A stretch of 24,000 nucleotides of DNA from Superficieibacter sp. HKU1 (GTDB lineage Bacteria; Pseudomonadota; Gammaproteobacteria; Enterobacterales; Enterobacteriaceae), in assembly GCF_029319185.1 (NCBI RefSeq), contig NZ_CP119754.1:4726187-4750186 (forward strand), written 5' to 3'. Below are positions 16,406 to 23,595 of this stretch, piece after piece; within the stretch, counting starts at the first letter, position 1, and each line of letters begins with the position of its first letter. Below the pieces are notes generated by a model. It did no database searches. It had not been told where the DNA came from and saw only the letters and a list, made by a program, of their open reading frames with translations. The position numbers and the translations under genes are program-made.

Positions 16406-16503
16406 CACAATCTCCTGTATTAAAAATCATAAAGGCATCATGCTGTTAAATTCTGCTGAGCCTTTATATTCCTTAGGGTGCGTAATAAAAAATAAACCTG
16501 TCG

Positions 16504-17892
16504 TTAATTCTCAACCAGACGTTCTGGGTCATCACTCGGTTGATACTTTGCAATACCAATACCTGTCGCCGCCCACAAAAGGGCAAAGATAACACCGCTG
16601 TAGCAGAGAATGGCCCACGGTAAATAATCGAGGGTCGCAACTCCCAGCATGGTTGCACAATAGACGCCAGATGCAGACCAGGGAATGATAGGCTCGACAA
16701 CCGTTCCGGCATCTTCCGTTGTGCGGGAGAGGTTTTTGGTGGCCAGCCCTCTTCTTTTGTATTCCTCTTTAAAAGCATCACCGCAAAGTAATAAGGGTAA
16801 CGTGCCGTTTGCGGTACATGCACAGATGGTAAAGGTACTGATAATGGTGGTTAAGACCAGACGGAATGTCGATTTAATGCCTCTGGTCAGCGCGCTAATC
16901 ACCGTATGTAAAGAGCCGGTGGCACTCATTGCGCCAGCAAAGCTAAAGGCGCTAAACACCGTTACGAAACTACTGAACATCGATATCGCTCCGCCACGCT
17001 CCAGCAAGCGAGAGACGTCGGAGGGAAAAGCAGCGGCATTACCGCCTTCAGTCATCGTAAGTTTAAAACCGCTGACGACCGACTCGCCCACTGAAGATGC
17101 TGAAAAATCCTGAAAGACTAATGCGAGGATCATTGAGACGAGCGTTGACAGGAACAGCATGGGAATCGGGGGTTTTTTAGTGATTGAGCCGTACAGGACA
17201 ATAATCGGCGGTAACAATAAGAACAGATTGAAATGATAAATATGACCGATGGCGTTCATCAATACAGAGATGTTTTCTGGCGTATCTGGCGAGATATCAA
17301 TTCCCCTCCCCATATAAATATATACGGCGCAGCAGATAATAAATCCTGGCCCGGTTGTCCACAGCAGATGCGCTATATGAGAATAAAGGTTCACCCCCGC
17401 CGCAAGCGCCGCCATGTTTGTTGAGTCAGATACCGGAGATAATTTGTCGCCGAACCAGCAGCCAGAGACAATTGCTCCAGCGGCAATCGCAAGCGGTACA
17501 TTAAGGCCAATGGCAACACCAATCATGGCAATGCCAACGGTACCAATGGAGCCCCACGAGGTGCCGGTACACACTGAGATAAGCGCGCCTAAGAGGAAAG
17601 CGGAAATATAAAAATATTGTGGATTAATAAACGTTAACCCGTAGTAGATCATCATAGGTATCGTTCCAGATACCATCCATGCACCAATAAGAAAGCCTAT
17701 GCTTGCAACAATGAGGATGACGGGGAGTGCTTCAGATATTTTAGCACAAATTGATTTTAGAATATCATCCCAGGTATAACCATGCGCCAGTGCAATAAGA
17801 GAAGCAGTGGCTGTCCCCATCAGGATCATAGGCTCGGCACGAATATTAAAGACAAAATAACCTATGCTAATTGCGCCCAGCATTACTACCAT
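16504..17892 (-). CDS. NhaC-family (Na+/H+ antiporter-type) transporter; the 5' end appears disrupted or ambiguous
   Basis: 462-aa polytopic protein with NhaC-like blocks TGTSWGSIGTVGIAMIG, FGDKLSPVSDSTN and LLWTTGP. In-frame sequence upstream of ATG 17892 still encodes the conserved family N-terminus (FFWSIIP) but contains no ATG, GTG or TTG. See the finding on the A7 run. Confidence 0.82.
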   Translation of the reverse strand: MVVMLGAISIGYFVFNIRAEPMILMGTATASLIALAHGYTWDDILKSICAKISEALPVILIVASIGFLIGAWMVSGTIPMMIYYGLTFINPQYFYISAFLLGALISVCTGTSWGSIGTVGIAMIGVAIGLNVPLAIAAGAIVSGCWFGDKLSPVSDSTNMAALAAGVNLYSHIAHLLWTTGPGFIICCAVYIYMGRGIDISPDTPENISVLMNAIGHIYHFNLFLLLPPIIVLYGSITKKPPIPMLFLSTLVSMILALVFQDFSASSVGESVVSGFKLTMTEGGNAAAFPSDVSRLLERGGAISMFSSFVTVFSAFSFAGAMSATGSLHTVISALTRGIKSTFRLVLTTIISTFTICACTANGTLPLLLCGDAFKEEYKRRGLATKNLSRTTEDAGTVVEPIIPWSASGVYCATMLGVATLDYLPWAILCYSGVIFALLWAATGIGIAKYQPSDDPERLVEN

Positions 17893-18133
17893 AGGGATTA
17901 TCGACCAAAAAAAGACAATTGCCTTCTGTTTTTCAAAGCGTTACTCTTCAATTCCATAATTCCATCCAAACAGTTAAAAGTTGAATATCTATTACAGACA
18001 GCCTTACCCTAAGTAATAGTAATGTATGAAGTTAAATAATTTGATATAGGTTCCCTGCGGGAATGAAGCTTGTTGTTTTTAGCGCTATATGCTTTTTCAT
18101 GGCTATAACACTTACTGATATTTATACCTCCTG

Positions 18134-19060
18134 CTACGGCAAATGTTGTCTTCGTTGTTGGCTCAGCTTACGGTACTGCTGCGGTGGCATGCCGACGTAT
18201 TTATTAAACGTACTGTAAAAGCGGCTACTGGAACGAAATCCTGCAATCATTGCTATATCAAGAATGGTTTTATCCGTATCGCTAAGCAGAGCACGCACGT
18301 GGTTGATACGCATAGACGTAATATATTGTTTCATGGTCAGTTGCATAACACGCTGAAAAATACCCATCGCGTAATTAGGATTTAGCTTCACGTGTTCAGC
18401 GATAGCATTGACCGTCAATATTTTGTCGCAATGGGTAGCAATAAACTCCAGCATCTGACTCACATAAAATTGGGCATGTCGCGAAAGGCTGTCTTTCTGC
18501 GTGCGCGAGGTTTTATGAATTAACGCAGGTTGCCAGCCAGAAAGGCTAAAGCGCTTTAACATTAGCGCAATTTCATCGATCGCCAACTGGCGAACCTGTT
18601 CATTATCGCTGGTAAGCTCATGCTGCCAGCGCTGAACTTCAAAAATACTGAGCTGCTGCGCGGCGATAGATTCAATGACCATGCCATGCGTAACATGATT
18701 AATCAGTTCACGATCCAGTGGCCAGGTTAAAAACAAATGCATAGGCAAATTGAATATCGCCATCTGCTTACAGCGGCCCGGGCTGGTGAGCTGATGAGGG
18801 GTACAGGCCCAAAACAAGGTGATATGCCCCTGCTTGATCTGCACAACTTCATCGTTAAACAGGTATTCCACATCGCCATCAAAAGGAACGTTGACTTCAA
18901 CCTGACCATGCCAGTGGCTATAGGTCATTGCCAGCGGTGCCCGCAACTCAACGTCCATACGCTGATACTCTGAGTAGAGTGCCAGAGGGCTACGCGTCGT
19001 TTTTTCATAACTGCGACACATATGCGGTTCAGGTGGCAGTTGCGGAATACCATTTTTCAT
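18134..19060 (-). CDS. AraC/XylS-family transcriptional activator, MelR-like
   Basis: From memory, it matches the melibiose regulator MelR along the whole length (SPLALYSEYQRM, HWHGQVEVNVPFDGDVEY, GHITLFWACTPHQL, AMGIFQRVMQLTMKQYITSMRINHVRALLSDTDKTILDIA, FRSSSRFYSTFNKYVGMPPQQYRKLSQQRRQ). I use ATG 19060. The track start 19174 adds 38 basic/hydrophobic residues not expected in the family, and ATG 19021 is an alternative. There is no adjacent melAB, so no symbol is assigned. Confidence 0.85.
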   Translation of the reverse strand: MKNGIPQLPPEPHMCRSYEKTTRSPLALYSEYQRMDVELRAPLAMTYSHWHGQVEVNVPFDGDVEYLFNDEVVQIKQGHITLFWACTPHQLTSPGRCKQMAIFNLPMHLFLTWPLDRELINHVTHGMVIESIAAQQLSIFEVQRWQHELTSDNEQVRQLAIDEIALMLKRFSLSGWQPALIHKTSRTQKDSLSRHAQFYVSQMLEFIATHCDKILTVNAIAEHVKLNPNYAMGIFQRVMQLTMKQYITSMRINHVRALLSDTDKTILDIAMIAGFRSSSRFYSTFNKYVGMPPQQYRKLSQQRRQHLP

Positions 19061-19167
19061 GATGAGTAGCGTTCCCGGAACATGAGTCAGACATACTGTG
19101 ATGGCAAAGCCTGAATACAGCTTAACCGAAAAAAATCTCCTTTTTACTCTTCTTTTTCGTGAAATCA

Positions 19168-19186
19168 TTCCCAAAAACTCAGATTT
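19168..19186 (+). promoter_or_regulatory. 19-bp box TTCCCAAAAACTCAGATTT (candidate AraC/MelR-type binding site A)
   Basis: Read directly, about 110-125 bp upstream of the MelR-like start. It matches box B at 14 of 19 positions, in inverted orientation. Confidence 0.35.
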
Positions 19187-19202
19187 AATACGTTCCGGGG
19201 CA

Positions 19203-19221
19203 AGATCTGAGATAACGGGAA
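19203..19221 (-). promoter_or_regulatory. 19-bp box TTCCCGTTATCTCAGATCT (candidate AraC/MelR-type binding site B, inverted)
   Basis: The reverse complement of 19203-19221 shares TTCCC-N5-CTCAGAT-N-T with box A. The two boxes are 16 bp apart. Confidence 0.35.
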
Positions 19222-19246
19222 GGTCAACTATAGGTTGCTACTCAGT

Positions 19247-19281
19247 AAAAACTGAGGCCGTTCCGGTTAAGAAACGGCCTC
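19247..19281 (-). terminator. Rho-independent terminator of yiiG
   Basis: The minus strand reads GAGGCCGTT-tcttaaccgg-AACGGCCTC followed by AGTTTTT. This is a 9-bp perfect GC-rich stem plus a U-run, 64 nt after the yiiG stop. Confidence 0.75.
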
Positions 19282-19344
19282 CAGTACGCATAACACTAAA
19301 CGAAGGGAAGTAATTGAGGTGCCCTCTGGTTTTCCCCGCTGTGA

Positions 19345-20385
19345 TTAGTGCAAGCGATTATAGTTGTCCACCATCTGGTTATAGCTTCTTAGCGCACGTG
19401 GATAAGAAGCTTCAACCATCCAGCCGCCATTTGCATCTGAGAGAAGCCGGTTTTCACTTTCGGAATAAGGCGTTTTATCTCTCACACGGCGGATATATTT
19501 TTTAGCATCAAGTTGGTATTCATCAGCCGAAGAAATAAACATGCTAAAATTATGCGAATCGTCCGATTGTGCTTTCAGTTTTTCTTTAAATTCAGCCGTC
19601 GTTTTTTCCAGTTCCGTCAATTGTTTCATTGCGCTATCGGCATCAAAATTTTCAGTGCTAATAACATCATTAACATTGCCGGAATGTATCATAATAGCCA
19701 GTGAATAATAACTGGCAGACTTTCCTTCACTTTGCTCAATCGCTTTCAGCTGCGCAATCTGACGTTCTGCTTCTACCTGTTTGATCGCATCATTATAAGC
19801 TTTAGCGGCAGGTTCAAACGTCTCCCACTGTTTCATCAGGGTTTGGTGCAGCGTTTTACCTTGTGCAAAGGCATCATCCTTGTAATTTTCCTGCTCGTAG
19901 TATTTATCGATTTCATTGATGGTATTGGCGACATCTACTGCACTGGTAATAAAGGTGGAGGCTGCACCATCCATCGGTTCCAGCGCAGGTTTCAGCTTAA
20001 CAACTTCAGGAACGGCTTTCTGGCATTTTTCAATCGTGGAATCAGATACAGCGTAGGTGCCGTAAACAATACGTTCTTTTCCGGTAGGGCCCGTTTTGAG
20101 ATCTTTCAGCCAGCTCGCGTAGCGATCCATACTGTGATAAATCGAAAGCTGCAGGGTATTATAGCAATCAATATAGGTGTTCATTTTCTCATCATGAACC
20201 ATCTGCCGATCGGCCTGCGCGTCATTAGCGGATGCCGCTTGTTCTTGCGTTTTATCAGGTGCAGCATTAGATGGCGCTGGCGCACTGCTGGAAGGCGCTG
20301 CCTGAGAAGGTTCTGTTGAATTCTTATCGTCACAACCGGTAATCAGGGTTAAAACAATGGCTGTTGCTAATAGACTCCGCTTCAT
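19345..20385 (-). CDS. yiiG: YiiG-like lipoprotein (DUF3829 family)
   Basis: 346 aa. The signal peptide carries the lipobox LITGC, followed by a Pro/Ala/Ser-rich linker. The body is recalled as similar to E. coli YiiG (YIDCYN, YKDDAFAQGKTLHQ, YYSLAIMI, PRALRSYNQMVDNYN). Its position convergent with frvR matches E. coli synteny. SD AGGAA. Confidence 0.8.
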   Translation of the reverse strand: MKRSLLATAIVLTLITGCDDKNSTEPSQAAPSSSAPAPSNAAPDKTQEQAASANDAQADRQMVHDEKMNTYIDCYNTLQLSIYHSMDRYASWLKDLKTGPTGKERIVYGTYAVSDSTIEKCQKAVPEVVKLKPALEPMDGAASTFITSAVDVANTINEIDKYYEQENYKDDAFAQGKTLHQTLMKQWETFEPAAKAYNDAIKQVEAERQIAQLKAIEQSEGKSASYYSLAIMIHSGNVNDVISTENFDADSAMKQLTELEKTTAEFKEKLKAQSDDSHNFSMFISSADEYQLDAKKYIRRVRDKTPYSESENRLLSDANGGWMVEASYPRALRSYNQMVDNYNRLH

Positions 20386-20734
20386 ATATTTCCTGCCCGA
20401 GGTATTAAAAGAATACTTATCATTAACCAGCTTTTTAGTAAAAGCAATTTTAGATGTGACATCAACTGGTAATAATAAATCAAGAAAACATAGCTCATCA
20501 TTTTGGATGAAAAAATGTTTCCTGTAATTCTAATTGTTATTACTTAATTGAAACACCCCCCTATATTGGGGAGGTATGAGGTAGTATGTGCCTCTCATAT
20601 CAAAATTAGCGCAGTGAAACTTACGGCACTTCTGCACCATCTCCTTCGCAAAGGAAGGATAAAACTATTGAGAAACACGTCACATAATTATCAAAACATC
20701 ATTTCATTTTTCATAGCAAGAGCGGAGAGTACTC

Positions 20735-20785
20735 AGTGTCTAATGAACTTATTAGTGTCTAGTGTCTAATTTTTTCTAGACGCTA
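20735..20785. repeat. Cluster of four AG(T/C)GTCTA motifs (three direct, two of them overlapping in tandem, plus one inverted) upstream of the sigma-54 activator gene
   Basis: Read directly: AGTGTCTAAT 20735-20744, AGTGTCTA 20754-20761, AGTGTCTAAT 20761-20770, and the inverted AGCGTCTA (complement of 20777-20784). GTCTAG (20758-20763) and CTAGAC (20776-20781) also form a 6-bp inverted repeat. The cluster ends 28 bp before the ATG at 20813. Confidence 0.6.
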
Positions 20786-20812
20786 ATTTCTACTCTATCA
20801 GGATGTTACGTT

Positions 20813-23416
20813 ATGGCGCTGTCGGCTAAAGAAAAATTGTTCCATAAAATTATCACTCACTATGCCGAAAGCCCTTCAGGATTCACGGCTCAGGACTGTG
20901 CGGACTTTATCAAGGTCAACCGCAGCGTTATCAGCCATTATCTGAACCGATTATGTGATGACGGGCGTTTACATAAGGAGAATACGCGCCCGGTCCGCTT
21001 TTTTGTCCGGCAGTCTGGTGCCGATGCGCCGTCGCAATCCCGCACAGTGTCGAAAAACCAGGATGCCTTTCAACATTTCATTGGCGCACAGGGAAGCCTG
21101 GCTGAAGCAGTAGCATTATGTCGTTCAGCGGTGGATTACCCGGGCGACGGATTGCCGATCCTGCTGTCCGGCGAAAGCGGCGTGGGTAAAAGTCACCTCG
21201 CGCTGCTGATTTATCAGTATGCCGTAGAGCGCGGTGTTATTGCCGCTGATAAACCGTTCATTGAACTCAACTGTGCAGACTACGCCAATAACCCGGAATT
21301 GCTCTCTGCTACGTTATTTGGCTATACACGCGGTGCCTTTACCGGGGCCGATCGCGAAAAACGCGGCGCGTTTGACGATGCCGACGGCGGATTTCTGTTT
21401 CTTGATGAAGTACACCGTCTGTCAGCGGAGAATCAGGAGAAATTATTTCTGTTTATGGATAAGGGGTATTTCTATCGACTGGGAGATAACCGTACACGCC
21501 ATCCGGTCTCGCTGCGCTTTATTTTTGCCACCACTGAAAATATCGACACGGTACTCCTTAACACTTTTCGCCGACGCATCCCGGTGCGTGTCACCTTACC
21601 CAACTATATCTCCCGTCCGCTTACCGAACGCATCGCGCACATCACTCACTTTATGCGGCAGGAAGCGCTGAGCCTGCGCCGGGATATCCATCTGGATAAT
21701 CAGCTGATGCATCAACTGGTAACGTCGCCGGTACGCGGTAATATCGGTGAATTAAAAAACCAGATTAAAGTGATGTGCGCCAGCGCATGGAGCAATAACC
21801 ACGATGCGGGCGTTATCACGCTTCATGGCACGCATGCCGGAGGGGAAACGCTGGTTGTTTCCGCTCGCGCCCGCGATGTGGTGCCGGATGCCAGCGCGCT
21901 GCTGCCAAAAGCGATGCGGGACGAGGTGATTTTTCGCGATTTTTGTCATAGCGGTAATGTGCTGTTGCTGAACCGGAAAATGGAGCAGTTGCTGACCACC
22001 ATCGGCGGTATGATGGCTGCCGAATCGCTGTACAGCGGGTATGTCTGGCAAAATACCATGCATGCCATTAACGAACTGGAGAATTTGACCGGTATCTCGT
22101 GCGGGCAGGAAATCCGTAAAGCAGTATGGCTATGCCTGAGTTACGCGTTGCATACTTCTCAGGAGACGGCGACGATTACCGAACTGCAAAGCATATCCGA
22201 TTACGTTTCCGGTAAGGCGCGTTTACTGGCGGAAGAGTGCGTCACGCTGCTGGCAAAACACGTAGTTGATCAGCCCTTTCCCCTACTGCTGCCGCTGTTA
22301 AGCTGCGCCTTTCATACGCTGGCAGGTGAAGACGATCATATTCAGGGCATCATTGTTTCGCACGGACGCTCTACCGCCTCCAGCATTGCTGGCATCGCCA
22401 ATCAGCTTACCGGCGGCTACTACTTTAAAGCCTTCGATATGCCCAACGCGACGTCCACACGCGAGATCATTGATTTGCTGATTGCCCATTTGTCCCACCT
22501 TACCCAGGGCGCAGGGCTTATTATCCTGGTGGATATGGGGTCGCTGAAAGCAATCTACGAGGAGATTAAGCTCCATCTGCATGGTGAATTGCTGGTGATT
22601 AACAATGTTACTACGGCCATGGCGCTGGATATCGCTTCGAAAATCCAGGATAAACTCCCGATGGAGGCGATTATCGAAAGCGCGAAAGGCGCGTATGAAG
22701 TCGAAACCCGATATTACGCAGGTATGCTGCCAGGCAATAAAATCATTATTTCCTGCATTTCCGGCGAGGGGATTTCCCGCAAACTAAAAGACATTGTTCA
22801 GCGCTATCTGGCGCAGGACGAGATCGACATTATTACAATGGAATATGACGATCTGAAATGGAAGATCGCCCATGCGGACCCGGCGCTGAACGGCACACGG
22901 TTAATCATCACCACCACCGATTTGGAAGCGGGCTATATTCCGCTGATTAGCGTTGAACAGCTGATTAAAGAAAAAACACAGATCCTGAAGCGCGATTATT
23001 TCAGCGGCCTGCTGATGGAAGGCGGGCTGGAACCGATGATTGATGAGGTTGTGAAGCTGTTTACCGTGGAAGGCGTTGCCAGTCGCCTGAATTTCCTGAA
23101 CCCGGTAGTGATCATTGATGAAGTGGACGCAGTGATTAAGCAGTATGAAGCATTCTACAAAATCCACTTTGAAAGTTATCTGCGTATTAACCTCTTTATG
23201 CATATCGCGCTGATGATTGAACGCGTGATGGTTAACAACGGCGTACGCCACCGCGAGGAAGCAGAGCTGACGCTGGATCAGCAGGCGTTTGTCGCCGTGC
23301 ACGATACTTTTTTCCAGGCGCTGAATCGCAAATATCATATTACCCTGCCGCTGACCGAAGTACTGATGATTTATGAAATTATGGAGCCCTGGATTGCCGC
23401 TGATGCAACCTGGTAA
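20813..23416 (+). CDS. Sigma-54-dependent transcriptional activator of the LevR/ManR type (HTH, AAA+ domain, PRD, EIIA-Man-like, EIIB-Gat-like, PRD)
   Basis: 867 aa. Walker A GESGVGKS, the sigma-54 contact loop GAFTGA (RGAFTGAD), and Walker B FLFLDEVH. Downstream domains are IQGIIVSHGRSTASS (EIIA-Man-like His), KIIISCISGEGISRKL (EIIB-like Cys) and a C-terminal PRD-like region (FMHIALMIERV). Confidence 0.9.
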   Translation: MALSAKEKLFHKIITHYAESPSGFTAQDCADFIKVNRSVISHYLNRLCDDGRLHKENTRPVRFFVRQSGADAPSQSRTVSKNQDAFQHFIGAQGSLAEAVALCRSAVDYPGDGLPILLSGESGVGKSHLALLIYQYAVERGVIAADKPFIELNCADYANNPELLSATLFGYTRGAFTGADREKRGAFDDADGGFLFLDEVHRLSAENQEKLFLFMDKGYFYRLGDNRTRHPVSLRFIFATTENIDTVLLNTFRRRIPVRVTLPNYISRPLTERIAHITHFMRQEALSLRRDIHLDNQLMHQLVTSPVRGNIGELKNQIKVMCASAWSNNHDAGVITLHGTHAGGETLVVSARARDVVPDASALLPKAMRDEVIFRDFCHSGNVLLLNRKMEQLLTTIGGMMAAESLYSGYVWQNTMHAINELENLTGISCGQEIRKAVWLCLSYALHTSQETATITELQSISDYVSGKARLLAEECVTLLAKHVVDQPFPLLLPLLSCAFHTLAGEDDHIQGIIVSHGRSTASSIAGIANQLTGGYYFKAFDMPNATSTREIIDLLIAHLSHLTQGAGLIILVDMGSLKAIYEEIKLHLHGELLVINNVTTAMALDIASKIQDKLPMEAIIESAKGAYEVETRYYAGMLPGNKIIISCISGEGISRKLKDIVQRYLAQDEIDIITMEYDDLKWKIAHADPALNGTRLIITTTDLEAGYIPLISVEQLIKEKTQILKRDYFSGLLMEGGLEPMIDEVVKLFTVEGVASRLNFLNPVVIIDEVDAVIKQYEAFYKIHFESYLRINLFMHIALMIERVMVNNGVRHREEAELTLDQQAFVAVHDTFFQALNRKYHITLPLTEVLMIYEIMEPWIAADATW

Positions 23417-23423
23417 TTACCCC

Positions 23424-23442
23424 TGCCAGCGCAAGGCTGGCA
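23424..23442. promoter_or_regulatory. Inverted repeat TGCCAGC-N5-GCTGGCA: candidate enhancer (UAS) for the LevR-type activator, or a weak terminator hairpin
   Basis: Read directly 8 bp after the activator stop and about 100 bp upstream of the -24 element. No U-run follows, so it is a poor intrinsic terminator. Confidence 0.35.
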
Positions 23443-23537
23443 ACCTCCTTCGACACTACCCATGCCGCCTCTTTTCAACACTAAAACCAGCGTCCATAAA
23501 TGATATTTTAATCATATAAATCAATGAACTAAAAACA

Positions 23538-23553
23538 TGGCACAGCGATTGCT
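23538..23553 (+). promoter_or_regulatory. Sigma-54 (RpoN) -24/-12 promoter TGGCACagcgaTTGCT
   Basis: A perfect match to the TGGCAC-N5-TTGCW consensus, 43 nt upstream of the EIIA-Man ATG and immediately downstream of a sigma-54 activator gene. An AT-rich stretch with the IHF-like AATCAAtgaaCTA (23519-23531) lies between it and the putative UAS. Confidence 0.88.
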
Positions 23554-23595
23554 ATTCCTCTGGAAGACAACTGAAAAATGATTAAGGAACGCAAA

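Noticed and set aside
16409-16503. AT-rich 8-bp stem (ATAAAGGC...GCCTTTAT) with a 23-nt loop and trailing U-rich tract between the NhaC-family and lyase genes, considered as an internal terminator or attenuator
   Set aside because: The stem is short and AT-rich, the loop is very large, and I could not find supporting inner pairing. It is too weak to call without an energy calculation or Term-seq.
18032-18100. 22-aa minus-strand sORF (MKKHIALKTTSFIPAGNLYQII) in the MelR-like/NhaC spacer, and an AGGAGG right after the MelR-like stop
   Set aside because: The AGGAGG (about 18127-18132) is roughly 26 nt from this ATG, which is too far. No canonical start follows it at 5-10 nt. There are no conservation data, so this is probably a chance ORF in AT-rich DNA. 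It also spans the TTCCC-tgc-GGGAA hairpin at 18051-18063.
19061-19174. 38-residue N-terminal extension of the AraC/MelR-like ORF (track start 19174)
   Set aside because: The extension (MGMISRKRRVKRRFFSVKLY...) has no counterpart in MelR/AraC proteins. It would place the start inside the likely promoter region. ATG 19060 (or 19021) fits family length.
20548-20769. 73-aa TTG-initiated ORF, plus tiny ATG ORFs after GGGAGG (about 20570-20610), in the yiiG/activator spacer
   Set aside because: There is no SD at the proper distance for the TTG start and no recognisable domain. The tiny ORFs are 2-7 codons long. The region is AT-rich promoter DNA where such ORFs arise by chance.
15221-20812. Search for mobility signatures (integrase, transposase, tRNA target, flanking direct repeats, CRISPR, toxin-antitoxin pairs, defence genes) around the AT-rich region
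   Set aside because: I recognised none by eye in any frame of the ORF track or at the junctions. The island interpretation therefore rests only on composition and remembered synteny, and I say so in the finding.
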